Assembly (NCBI RefSeq): GCF_009914755.1
Contig: NC_060926.1
Reading direction: 5' to 3' (one strand)
Source of the DNA: the human T2T-CHM13v2.0 reference genome, Homo sapiens
Length of the DNA stretch: 64,000 nucleotides
The notes under the pieces are model-generated. The model was not told the origin of the DNA and made no database searches. It saw nothing but the letters and a program-made list of their open reading frames with translations. The first letter of the stretch is position 1. Every line of letters begins with the position of its first letter. Shown here piece by piece: positions 1 to 15,060 of the stretch. Position numbers and translations under genes: made by a program.

Positions 1-1655
<1,655 letters not shown>

Positions 1656-1879
1656 CACAAAGCATAAATTTTTAAACTGACCTCCACTTACTTATGTGCC
1701 AGAGTAGCTGACAGTCCATCCCCTGTGTAAAATGCCCTGACTGATCTAGACTATGTCTTGGGGTACTCACTTGGTCCTTCCTTCATTTCACCAGCTTTTA
1801 GCCAAGAAATGGTGTCACCTGCTTCCAAACCTGCTTATGTCAGTTGTATTTGTTAATACACTTACAAACACTAAATATT

Positions 1880-2482
<603 letters not shown>

Positions 2483-2830
2483 GAAAGCATTGCCATTTCT
2501 ATGGATTGGATTAAATGCTTTGAAAGGACTCACTGAAGCCATTCCGTTAAAAAAAAAAAAAAAAAAAAAAGGACTTCACACCAGCTGTGGACAAGATAAT
2601 TATGAAAGACTGGGAGAAAGAAATCATTAAAAATTAGAATTCTGGGCTCAGATGACCTTGCAAGTATGTAGGTGTTGACTCCGCTGTAACCCCAAGCAAA
2701 CTGGAATTGGAGGCTACACACTCTGCATATGGTTCATGACAAGAAGTTCAATTCATAGCTCCTGCCATGGAAGCCCAGGAAAGGGTTTACACGTTTTAGG
2801 TGTAGCCATGTAAACCTTAAACATGTAAAG

Positions 2831-3174
2831 AGTAGGGACTAAATGTTTATGCCTCTCCAAAATTCATATGTGGAAATCCTGACCCCCAAGGCTATAGTGT
2901 TAGAAGGTGAGGACTTTGGTAGGTGATTAGGTCATGAGGGTGGGGCCCTAATGAATGGGATTAGTGCCCAGAGGTCTCTCATGCTCACTTTCCACCATGG
3001 GAGGATACAATGAGAAGATGGCAGTCTGCACCCGGAGGAGGGCCCTCAGCAGAACCTGATCGTACACCCTCATCTAGGACTTCCAGTCTCCAGGACTATG
3101 AGAAACAAAGTTCTGTTGTTTCTAAGCCACCCAGTCTATGGTAATGTGTTACAGCAGCCCAGCTGAGCAAGACC
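2831..3174 (+). mobile_element. MLT1A-like MaLR solo LTR
   Basis: AAATTCATATGTGGAAATCCTGACCCCCAA...GGACTTCCAGTCTCCAGGACTATGAGAAAC...ACAGCAGCCCAGCTGAGCAAGAC. Confidence 0.8.
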
Positions 3175-3208
3175 CGAGACACAAACTTAAAACAAACACT
3201 GAAGATAG

Positions 3209-3406
<198 letters not shown>

Positions 3407-4072
3407 TAATAGCACTGGCTAAGACAATTTCTGTGTGTAGATGTGTTTACCTACACACATATATACACACACACACACCCTACACACATCTAGAGTCATC
3501 AAGAACCTCATAATAGAAAGTGTTACCTAATCAATTCCAGCGTTGCTCCCATTATAAAGCAAGTTCCTTGAGAGCAGGAGTTTGTCTGCTTTGTTCCCTT
3601 CTGCATCCCCAGACCCTAGAAAACTGCCCACCACGTAAAAGCCAATCAATCAATATTTTGTAATGAATGACTACATAACTAAATGAATGAAAATAACATA
3701 CAACTGTGACACTGGCTCAGTGACATGAGGTCTATATAAGCAAAACAGGGAATTTGAAAGATTCCTTAATCCTCACAGGTAATGAAGGTGAATGTGGTTG
3801 TCATGTGACTTAATTGTTTAGTAGTGCAATTCTTCACTTGCCTCTGATCCAACAGGATAATGACCCAACAATGGCATAAAAAATCTTGTCTAGTGAAAGG
3901 AAGGGAAGGGAATCTAATACCTGAGGGCCTATTACGTAACACTTGCCTCCAGATCCATTTCTATCTTAAATCACACACACATACACAAAATCAGTAAAGC
4001 AGGTTTTAGCCCTTTTAAGAGTTTTATCTACTTAGCTAATAGCCTGATTCCCTTTAAGACTTGGTTTATTAA

Positions 4073-4180
4073 TGCTATAGTTCGAATGCTGGTCCCCTCC
4101 AAAACTCAAGTTAAAACTTAATCCCCAGTGTGGCAGAATTGACAGGTGGAGCCTTTAAGAGGTGATGGGGTCATTAGGGG
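4073..4180 (+). mobile_element. MST-type MaLR LTR fragment
   Basis: TGCTATAGTTCGAATG...CCTCCAAAACTCAAGTTAAAACTTAATCCCCA. Confidence 0.6.
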
Positions 4181-4496
4181 GAATAGGGCATCAAAAAGCA
4201 CCTGTGAATAATGAAAACAAATGAGATCCTTAGACTCTCTACTCATCTAAGTTGCTCCTTCTTCAGGTTTCTCAGGTAAAGGAGGCCAGCACATGGCAAA
4301 AGCATTAGCCAGAGGTTCAGAAGTCCTAACCATGACTGCAGCAGCTCAGTTGCCATGCGGTTTTCAGCCAAGTACAGCCTCTCTGGGCCCCAGCTCCCTC
4401 ACCCATGAGAGAGGGCACTACATTTGCCCCATGAACTCAAAGACAACTTTAGGTCTCAGCCCACCATATCCTGGGTGGCCCCAGCCAAGTCAAAAC

Positions 4497-4836
4497 TGGG
4501 GCTGTGTTAAGACTTTCATGGGCCCTGGACACTTTTGCCTTCATAGTAAAAACATACACACACACGCATGTATATATATGCTTTCACAGTAAAAATATAT
4601 ACTTTATATATATAAAGTATATCTATTGTCTAGTTAACTATTAAAAATTATATTTTACAACTGCAATGGAGGAAAGATGAATATATTAACAATATAGATT
4701 AAAACTTCTTTTACCTAAAAGGTCTTTTTTTCTTCTGATTTTAAAAGAAATTAAAACATTTTCCTGAGTGTAATGCAAAAGCATCATAGGCCCTAAGCAC
4801 TTCATCTGTTCTAGCTAAAGGATAAGTCAGCCACGG
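4497..4836. mobile_element. Non-autonomous hAT-like DNA element (family not assigned)
   Basis: GGCCCTGGACACTTT and GGCCCTAAGCACTT subterminal motifs around an AT-rich core; ends GGATAAGTCAGCC. Confidence 0.45.
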
Positions 4837-5169
4837 TCACCTAAACCTACTTCATGGGAAAAATAACACCAGCCTTCCCTCCCTCTCAAATACACAAGAA
4901 ACGATCGTGGGATCGGAACGACATCGCCAGCGATCCATCTGGCAGCATGTTAATAAGAGCAGCAGGAGAAGGCAAGGCCGGAGCCCCGGAAGCCAGTGAG
5001 GTGGAAACCAACCCAACAGCCAGTCCTAACTAAATGATGAGCTTCCAGGAGACAGATGCAATGCCACTGCAAAGGCAATTCGGCAGGGCTGGACCACAAC
5101 TGTGTTCCTTCCCGGCCTGCCTCCTAAATGGGTTCCAAGGTTTTCTGGTCTAAGTAATTCAGAACCAGT

Positions 5170-5540
5170 TCACAAATGCTTATGGAGTGCTTGCTGTATG
5201 CAGCCGGCACTGTGTGTTCAAGACACAACATCAGTACCATCAGGGAAATAAAAACAAAGAACGCCACCCTGGGAACATTCTTCTGAGATGGCAAACAATA
5301 CGCATAATAAATAAACATATGGTACATCCAAAAGTGGTAAGAGCTATGAAAAAAATAGAGTAAGGAGGATCAGGAATTCTGGGTGGGGGTTACAGTATTA
5401 AACAGAGTAGACAAAGCAAGCCTCACTTAAAAGGTGAGATTGTAGCAAAGACATGAAGGCAATGAGTAGATACCTGGGGGAAGAGCATTCCAGGAAGAGG
5501 GAACAGCTTGAACAAAGGCTTGGAGGTAGGAATGCTCCTC
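5170..5540 (-). mobile_element. L2 fragment
   Basis: GGGGAAGAGCATTCCAGGAAGAGGGAACAGC...AAAGGC, typical antisense L2. Confidence 0.65.
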
Positions 5541-5734
5541 CCTGACCACTCCCAAACTTGTCCTTCAAGGAGAAAATTAAAATGTCACCTGCAGCTGAAA
5601 GCAATCTCTACTTTAAATGGAGGATGAACGTGGTTAAGGTCTCATTTGAACAAGCTGAGTCTGAAATGTCCGGTGAGAAATTAGAGGTGCAGACCCTGTA
5701 ACTGGACAGAGATCTTGGGCTGGAGGGATGCAGT

Positions 5735-6115
5735 TTGTGGTGTGGCAGAGACAATTAGATGTGCACCAATTCCATTTTCCATTCTTGGCTTTCCTGTGCA
5801 ATTAGGCTGCAATCAGGTGACATCGTTCTGGTTAATTACACTGCTTCCAGACCTGACCATAAACCCTCCCGCATGCCTGTCCATGATCTTCCCCTTCCTA
5901 CAGCCACAGCAGCAACCTCATCTTTAAGATGGTGGCATCATAAGGTAATGGCTCTGAGATTCCCAAGTCACCGCTTGGAGGATTGCTGCCAAGAAGGACT
6001 GCCTAGCCCCAGTTAGGAAGTGGTGTGAGTGAGACACTCTGACTTAACTGTGTGAAGTCCCTCAGGTTTCTAGGGTTGCTGTCAAAGCAGGTAGCCTGAA
6101 TTGCCCTGACGAGCA
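5735..6115. mobile_element. Old MLT1-like LTR
   Basis: Degenerate MaLR-like motifs. Confidence 0.4.
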
Positions 6116-6269
6116 CAGTAAACATCTCTACAGAGGAGATAAAGTGGAAAGAACCAGCATCACTGAGGGATCATTCCTCTTTTGAAACCACTTTAAAAGG
6201 AGAATGAAAATGTCCTGATTTCCAAGTACAAGAGACACTAATTAACCTTTATCTTACTGGATATGTCTA

Positions 6270-6730
6270 AATCATTCCCTCCTCTCCTCCTTGAAATGCT
6301 CTCTTCCCCAGGCCCTCCTGGGTCTTCTGCCTGTCCCTGAGAGGGAGTGTCCCACCGCCGAGGACTCTTGTCTCCTCCCGTCCCCCCTTCTCCCTGGGGA
6401 TCCCATTGGCTCTCAAAGCTTCAGCTCCCACTTACACACTCCTGAGTCTACCACCTGTATCTCAGTCCTCACCTAGCTCCCCAGCTATACTCCCTATTGG
6501 ACATATCTGCCTTTGGGGGTATAGGCGCTGTCAAGTTAAAACTGTATGTCCAACACAGGACTGATCTCACCTCCAAAAGATGCTGCCCCATGTGGATCAG
6601 AAATAACATCATCCTTCTAGCCACCTGAATTACAAATCCAGGGTCACTCTAGACTCTTCTTTCCCAGCCCCATAGCCACAACTAAATCATCTCAACCTTG
6701 TCTCTTTCTGCTGGAAGAGATCACCCCAAA
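6270..6730 (+). mobile_element. L2 fragment
   Basis: Pyrimidine-rich L2 motifs (TCTCCTCCTTGAAATGCTCTCTTCCC; GGGTCACTCTAGACTCTTCT). Confidence 0.6.
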
Positions 6731-7354
6731 ATCCACTCAAGGACCTGGGCAGACTACACTTCTTAATAAGGCTTTTTCCCTTTATTACCAGGCTCTTCTC
6801 TAAATTAGTTCAAGTTCAAAAACCATAAACATTATTTTAAAATGCAAAGGGATTTTATTATAATAGTTTGGATTTGGCCCCAAAGGCCATGTTTGAACTG
6901 ACGGTAATGAGGAATTTTATGGAAGTAATTTAAAATGGCAAGCGGACAGACCTGATAAAATCCTGATGCCCTAGTAAAGAAGCCCCATCAAAGAAAGCGT
7001 CTTCAGACTCTCTGTCCTGGGCACGTTGAGATAACAAGACACACACCCACTACTGTGGCACCTTCTGAACACCACTAGTAGAACTGCTGTCCCTCCCTGA
7101 CAAAAACAAATTAAAAAGCCATATGGCGGCTCCTCAAGACCCACAGGTTACTGAGACCACACACGCACACACATGCACACACATATCACACAAGACCTCA
7201 GTACATGTTGTATCCTGCCTGGCAGGGTGAAGGCTGTAGCCTCTAGCACCTACCTCCCCCAGGCTAAGGACCCTCTCCTTCTCCTTGGACCAGCAATGAC
7301 AGGAACATTGATATAGCTGGCACTGTTTTGCCCACATCTGGTGAGTGTATATAA

Positions 7355-7459
7355 GGTGGAAGGTGGGGGTGGGGGAAGGGGAGGGGAGGGGAGGGAACAG
7401 AAGGGAGGGGAAGGGAGGGGAGGGTATGGAAGGGAGAGAGAAGGAAGCGAGGAAGGAAG
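7355..7459 (+). repeat. Purine/G-rich low-complexity tract (G4-capable)
   Basis: Many GGG/GGGG runs with short loops. Confidence 0.8.
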
Positions 7460-8388
7460 CTTTCTTTCCACTTTTGGACACTGCAGTTAGTCTTGGACAG
7501 TCTATCCCACTCTGCAGCCCCTCTCAAAGGTACCCTCTCTCCATCCCCACTGCATCCACTGAGATTCATTTTCACTTTCTCCTGGACTACTGCAATCAAA
7601 GGAGTGAAGTTGTTTAGCTCCAACGTAACTCCTTTTCCTTCACTCCGCTGTCAGATTAACTTCTGACAGACACATCTGACCCTAAGTAACTCTCCCCTGC
7701 TGAAACCTCCCATGAAAAGCATTGATGTGTGGAAGGAGGCCTGCCCAAGGACGCCTGCTGCAGCACTGTTTACAATACAGGGAAAGCTGGGGATGCCGAA
7801 TGTCCATCTGTGAGGGGGACGGACTAAATTCTGTTACCACATAGAGAATGGAATAGAGCAGGGAAAGACAATGGTTAGGTTTACATGTGGAACAAAGAAA
7901 CATGAACTAGATAAGCTGTTCATGAAAAACCAAGTTTGAGAACTTGAGCCATAACCTTAGCTTTTACTGGAAAAAAAAAAAAAAACCTCAAAATAAAGCA
8001 AGACATTTTCTCTAGGTACCAATGTTCATGTAAAGAGATAAGGAGGGGTCTGAAAGGTCATTTCCCAAACTGGTAACAGCTGAAGTTCTGGAGAGAGGAG
8101 AAGAGGGGTGGGACTGGGATGGGCAAAACCATGGGAATTGGAAACACACCTACAAGGCAGCAGTCATTGAAAATGTAATTAAATGATTACATTCAAATAA
8201 AAAGGGTAACACCTAAAGTATTTTTAAAACCTCCACACATCAATAAGAAAGCAAGCAACCCAATTTTTCAAAATTAGCAAATGAGATGCAAGACACTTCA
8301 CAGAAGAAATCATTGGTCAATATACATGGTAAAATATTCTCAACTTTACTAATAACAGGAATACCTATTATCATATCTAAATGTTTCA

Positions 8389-8739
<351 letters not shown>

Positions 8740-8955
8740 TCATCCACTGCTGGCTCAACCACCTTGCAGGGGCCTTCTGATTGAGCATAATCTTGGGCTT
8801 AGCAATTTTTCTGTGGTATTCCATGTTACAAAAGTTCACTTGAACCCAAAAGAGCAAAGAAACATGTGCAGGATATTTGCTACTATATTGCTAATAATAG
8901 AGAAAAGTTAACAACAGCAGCGCCCCTCAATGGGAGTAGTTAAAAGAAATATTTG

Positions 8956-9298
8956 GGCCAGGCAGGGTAGCCTGTAATATCAGCACTTTAGGAGGCTGAG
9001 GCACGAGGATCACCTGAGGTCAGGAGTTCCACATCAGCCTGGCCAACATGGTGAAACCCCGTCTCTACTAAAAATACAAAAATTAACTGGGCATGGTGGC
9101 AGGCGCCTGTAATCCCAGCTATTCAGGAGGCTGAGGCAGAAGAATCACTGGAACCCGGGAGGTGAGCTGAGATCGCGCCATTGCACTCCAGCCTGGGTGA
9201 TGAGAATGAAATTTCCATCTCAAAAAAAGGAAAGGCAAGGGAAGGAAGAGGAGGGGAGGGGAGGGGAGGAGAGGAGAGGAGAAAAAAGAAAAGAAAAG
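8956..9298 (+). mobile_element. AluS with purine-rich tail
   Basis: Dimer with small deletions; tail degenerated to GGAAG/GGGGA/GAAAA repeats. Confidence 0.9.
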
Positions 9299-9807
9299 AT
9301 GTGACACTGATTGAGTCTGAGAAAAAATAGGCCAGATCCAAACACATGGAAAGGTAAAGATGACAACAATGTATTGTGTAAGTGACAACAGCAAGTTACA
9401 GAATACTTTGTAGAGTAGGATGCCATGTTAGAAATTTATATATACATTACATACACACAAAAAAAATCTGGGACACATACAAAATTGATAACAGAAGTCC
9501 CCCTGGGGGTGATTTTGGTTGGGAAGAACATTCACTTTTCCTTTTAAACAATTGAGTATACGCGGGGGGCAGTGGCAGGTTGTTTGTGTTTTAGAAGGGG
9601 ATATACTGAAAATGGGTTAGTTTTGGTAAAAGTTATATGGGTAACTTAAAATATGTGTTTTTGAATTCACTGGTCTCAAGGTAAATTGCAAATTTCTAAA
9701 CACAGCACGTAATGTCTTTCTCTGACACCAAAACCCCCCTCCAGGGTCAACTTCCAGCACCTGCCCCCATGAATCCCACGCTCTAGCATTAAGACTTCTG
9801 CCCTCTG

Positions 9808-9890
9808 TGGAGGTTGCAGTGAGCTAAGACCGCACCATTGCACTCCAGCCTGGGCAACAAGAGCAAAACTCCGTCTCAAAAAAAAAAAAA
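9808..9890 (+). mobile_element. 5'-truncated Alu (last ~80 nt)
   Basis: GGAGGTTGCAGTGAGC...poly(A) flanked by TSD ACTTCTGCCCTCTG. Confidence 0.9.
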
Positions 9891-10199
9891 TACTTCTGCC
9901 CTCTGAAAATGCCATGTTCCTCCCTCTGCTCACAGTGAATGTTTTCTTCCTTCATCTCGCCACAATCAAAGTCAAGGGCATCCTTCAGACCCTGACTCAA
10001 AATCCCCTCCTCTTCGAGTCTCTCCTGGCCCACCCTGCAGAATCACTCTGCCCAAGGTGTTTCCAGAGCCATGCTCCCTGCCTCTACCCGCCTCCATCCC
10101 CCTGGAAGAGTCGGGCTGGGGAAGAGGAGCTGCGCGAAGACAGGGGCTGTGCCTCCTGTGTCATCGCGCCCCAGCACCTATAGATGAACTGGCAGAGCA

Positions 10200-10443
10200 C
10201 AGGGCTGTGGCAACCGGCCAGTGGAAGACAGGGAAAATCAAGAGGGTCAGTAACAAGCAAACGGCACACAGTGTCCATCAGGAAAGGGTGGCCACAGCAC
10301 TGAATGTCACAAAGAATTCAGGGAAGATGAGGATTGATGGGGGCAGTGAGTGAATCTCTGGATTTGGTAAACTTTCGTTTGGCGAAAAGCAGTTTCAATA
10401 AAACAGTGAAGTAGCAACAGGCTCGGGTGTGGCGCAGCAATGA
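10200..10443 (-). mobile_element. L2 remnant hosting the VNTR (appears to resume at 14168)
   Basis: AAGATGAGGATTGA...TGGATTTGG...AAGCAGTTTCA resembles recalled antisense L2 consensus. Confidence 0.5.
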
Positions 10444-13400
10444 GGACAGACCCCGAGAACTGTGCTGGTGAAAAGGAGGACAGACCCCGAGAACTGTACT
10501 GGTGAAAAGGAGGACAGACCCCGAGAACTGTGCTGGTGAAAAGGACAGACCCCGAGAACTGTGCTGGTGAAAAGGACAGACCCCGAGAACTGTGCTGGTG
10601 AAAAGGAGGACAGACCCCGAGAACTGTGCTGGTGAAAAGGACAGACCCCGAGAACTGTGCTGGTGAAAAGGAGGACAGACCCCGAGAACTGTGCTGGTGA
10701 AAAGGACAGACCCCGAGAACTGTGCTGGTGAAAAGGACAGACCCCGAGAACTGTGCTGGTGAAAAGGACAGACCCCGAGAACTGTGCTGGTGAAAAGGAC
10801 AGACCCCGAGAACTGTGCTGGTGAAAAGGAGGACAGACCCCGAGAACTGTGCTGGTGAAAAGGACAGACCCCGAGAACTGTACTGGTGAAAAGGAGGACA
10901 GACCCCGAGAACTGTGCTGGTGAAAAGGACAGACCCCGAGAACTGTACTGGTGAAAAGGAGGACAGACCCCGAGAACTGTGCTGGTGAAAAGGACAGACC
11001 CCGAGAACTGTGCTGATGAAAAGGACAGACCCCGAGAACTGTACTGGTGAAAAGGACAGACCCCGAGAACTGTGCTGGTGAAAAGGACAGACCCCGAGAA
11101 CTGTGCTGGTGAAAAGGACAGACCCCGAGAACTGTGCTGGTGAAAAGGACAGACCCCGAGAACTGTGCTGGTGAAAAGGACAGACCCCGAGAACTGTGCT
11201 GGTGAAAAGGACAGACCCCGAGAACTGTGCTGGTGAAAAGGACAGACCCCGAGAACTGTGCTGGTGAAAAGGACAGACCCCGAGAACTGTGCTGGTGAAA
11301 AGGACAGACCCCGAGAACTGTGCTGGTGAAAAGGACAGACCCCGAGAACTGTGCTGGTGAAAAGGACAGACCCCGAGAACTGTGCTGGTGAAAAGGACAG
11401 ACCCCGAGAACTGTGCTGGTGAAAAGGACAGACCCCGAGAACTGTGCTGGTGAAAAGGACAGACCCCGAGAACTGTGCTGGTGAAAAGGACAGACCTTGA
11501 GAACTGTGCTGGTGAAAAGGACAGACCCCGAGAACTGTGCTGGTGAAAAGGACAGACCCCGAGAACTGTGCTGGTGAAAAGGACAGACCCCGAGAACTGT
11601 ACTGGTGAAAAGGACAGACCCCGAGAACTGTGCTGGTGAAAAGGACAGACCCCGAGAACTGTGCTGGTGAAAAGGAGGACAGACCCCGAGAACTGTGCTG
11701 GTGAAAAGGAGGACAGACCCCGAGAACTGTGCTGGTGAAAAGGACAGACCCCGAGAACTGTACTGGTGAAAAGGAGGACAGACCCCGAGAACTGTGCTGG
11801 TGAAAAGGACAGACCCCGAGAACTGTGCTGGTGAAAAGGAGGACAGACCCCGAGAACTGTGCTGGTGAAAAGGACAGACCCCGAGAACTGTGCTGGTGAA
11901 AAGGACAGACCCCGAGAACTGTGCTGGTGAAAAGGACAGACCCCGAGAACTGTACTGGTGAAAAGGAGGACAGACCCCGAGAACTGTGCTGGTGAAAAGG
12001 ACAGACCCCGAGAACTGTGCTGGTGAAAAGGACAGACCCCGAGAACTGTGCTGGTGAAAAGGACAGACCCCGAGAACTGTGCTGGTGAAAAGGACAGACC
12101 CCGAGAACTGTGCTGGTGAAAAGGAGGACAGACCCCGAGAACTTTGCTGGTGAAAAGGACAGACCCCGAGAACTGTGCTGGTGAAAAGGACAGACCCCGA
12201 GAACTGTGCTGGTGAAAAGGACAGACCCCGAGAACTGTGCTGGTGAAAAGGACAGACCCCAAGAACTGTGCTGGTGAAAAGGAGGACAGACCCCGAGAAC
12301 TGTGCTGGTGAAAAGGACAGACCCCGAGAACTGTGCTGGTGAAAAGGACAGACCCCGAGAACTGTGCTGGTGAAAAGGACAGACCCCGAGAACTGTGCTG
12401 GTGAAAAGGACAGACCCCGAGAACTGTGCTGGTGAAAAGGAGGACAGACCCCGAGAACTGTGCTGGTGAAAAGGACAGACCCCGAGAACTGTGCTGGTGA
12501 AAAGGACAGACCCCGAGAACTGTACTGGTGAAAAGGAGGACAGACCCCGAGAACTGTGCTGGTGAAAAGGACAGACCCCGAGAACTGTACTGGTGAAAAG
12601 GATGACAGACCCCGAGAACTGTGCTGGTGAAAAGGACAGACCCCGAGAACTGTGCTGGTGAAAAGGAGGACAGACCCCGAGAACTGTGCTGGTGAAAAGG
12701 ACAGACCCCGAGAACTGTGCTGGTGAAAAGGACAGACCCCGAGAATTGTGCTGGTGAAAAGGACAGACCCCGAGAACTGTGCTGGTGAAAAGGACAGACC
12801 CTGAGAACTGTACTGGTGAAAAGGAGGACAGACCCCGAGAACTGTGCTGGTGAAAAGGACAGACCCCGAGAACTGTACTGGTGAAAAGGAGGACAGACCC
12901 CGAGAACTGTACTGGTGAAAAGGACAGACCCCGAGAACTGTGCTGGTGAAAAGGACAGACCCCGAGAACTGTACTGGTGAAAAGGACAGACCCCGAGAAC
13001 TGTACTGGTGAAAAGGAGGACAGACCCCGAGAACTGTGCTGGTGAAAAGGACAGACCCCGAGAACTGTACTGGTGAAAAGGACAGACCCCGAGAACTGTA
13101 CTGGTGAAAAGGAGGACAGACCCCGAGAACTGTGCTGGTGAAAAGGACAGACCCCGAGAACTGTACTGGTGAAAAGGATGACAGACCCCGAGAACTGTGC
13201 TGGTGAAAAGGACAGACCCCGAGAACTGTGCTGGTGAAAAGGAGGACAGACCCCGAGAACTGTGCTGGTGAAAAGGACAGACCCCGAGAACTGTGCTGGT
13301 GAAAAGGACAGACCCCGAGAACTGTGCTGGTGAAAAGGAGGACAGACCCCGAGAACTGTGCTGGTGAAAAGGACAGACCCCGAGAACTGTGCTGGTGAAA

Positions 13401-14167
13401 AGGACAGACCCCGAGAACTGTGCTGGTGAAAAGGACAGACCCCGAGAACTGTGCTGGTGAAAAGGACAGACCCCGAGAACTGTACTGGTGAAAAGGAGGA
13501 CAGACCCCGAGAACTGTGCTGGTGAAAAGGACAGACCCCGAGAACTGTACTGGTGAAAAGGAGGACAGACCCCGAGAACTGTGCTGGTGAAAAGGACAGA
13601 CCCCGAGAACTGTACTGGTGAAAAGGAGGACAGACCCCGAGAACTGTACTGGTGAAAAGGAAGACAGACCCCGAGAACTGTACTGGTGAAAAGGAGGACA
13701 GATCCCGAGAACTGTGCTGGTGAAAAGGACAGACCCCGAGAACTGTACTGGTGAAAAGGAGGACAGACCCCGAGAACTGTACTGGTGAAAAGGAAGACAG
13801 ACCCCGAGAACTGTACTGGTGAAAAGGAGGACAGATCCCGAGAACTGTACTGGTGAAAAGGAGGACAGACCCCGAGAACTGTACTGGTGAAAAGGAGGAC
13901 AGACCCCGAGAACTGTACTGGTGAAAAGGAGGACAGACCCCGAGAACTGTACTGGTGAAAAGGAGGACAGACCCCGAGAACTGTACTGGTGAAAAGGAGG
14001 ACAGACCCCGAGAACTGTACTGGTGAAAAGGAGGACAGACCCCGAGAACTGTACTGGTGAAAAGGAGGACAGATCCCGAGAACTGTACTGGTGAAAAGGA
14101 GGACAGATCCCGAGAACTGTACTGGTGAAAAGGAGGACAGACCCCGAGAACTGTGCTGGTGAAAAGG
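10444..14167. repeat. Minisatellite/VNTR, 31-bp unit GGACAGACCCCGAGAACTGT(G/A)CTGGTGAAAA plus a 34-bp (+GGA) variant, ~115 copies
   Basis: Directly visible; period measured at 10541/10572; copy number estimated from length. Confidence 0.99.
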
Positions 14168-14614
14168 GCACAGAAGGGCTGAGGAAAGGTTTTACGAGGC
14201 CTACAGGGGAAGGGGAGGAGAAAGCAGAGAGAGAAAATCAAAGCTGCTGGGTGGGGTGAGGCAAAAGGGACTGGTCAAACAAGACCCCTGGCAGAAGCAG
14301 AAAGGGGAAGAGGGAGAGAGTAAACAGGCCACAGGGCCAATCTTAGGAAGCACAAGGAGATCCAGACACCTCTTCTGACAAGGGTTGAGGAAGGGAGAAG
14401 AGATGGCCGTAAACACTGGTGACCGGATGGACCCTCATCCCCTAAGTGAAGGCAGAACCAGTCCTCTGCACTGCTGGGACAGAGGGGACAGAACCTATGG
14501 AGGGCTCTCTCAGAGCCACTGTGGCCGCCAGCCACTTGCAGCCTGTGCCCTGGAAAGCTGAAGTCCACCCAGGTGCCTGCTGGCCAGCTCCAAGGCCAAG
14601 CTCTCCCTGGAACT

Positions 14615-15060
14615 CAGCAGTTTGCAAATCTCAGCGTGATCCGAGTCAGCTGCAGCGCTTCTTAAAATAGATTGCTGGGCCCAGCCCCTGAGTTTCAATT
14701 TAGTGGTCTGGGGGGAGGTCTGGGGACATACAGTCCCGGTGGATTCCCAAGTGATGCTGCTGCTGATGATCTGGGACCACACCTTGAGAAACCCTGCTTT
14801 CATTCATCTGCCCAGAGGGTATTCTACAGGTCATAAGTCGATGGGATCCAGGTTTAGAACCGACCTCCAGGAATGCACACGGGATTCGAGTCTCAGCCTG
14901 GTAGCACGTTTGAGTCACCTGGAGATTTCTGTACAAATGATACCCATGCCTGGGTCTCACTTTCAGAAATTTGAACACAGTTTGTCTGGGGATGAGCCCA
15001 GGGATATATATTTTTAAGCTCCCCTGATGAATCTTTCTGAGCATCCAGGGTGAAGAACAC
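14615..15060. mobile_element. MER5-family (hAT-Charlie) elements, probably two
   Basis: CAGATT-like GCTGGGCCCAGCCCCTGAG...GATGCTG...GGACCACACCTTGAGAAACCCTG; second copy ending CCAGGGTGAAGAAC. Confidence 0.7.

Noticed and set aside
7134-7623. Overlapping Pro/Ser- and Gly/Glu-rich ORFs
   Set aside because: Produced by the purine low-complexity tract.
10444-14167. CRISPR array
   Set aside because: Units are head-to-tail with no unique spacers, there are no cas genes, and the context is primate.
10307-14241. 651-, 1258- and 1307-aa ORFs as genuine genes
   Set aside because: They follow from a stop-free tandem unit; there is no AUG and no recognisable domain. Kept only as a hypothesis under findings.
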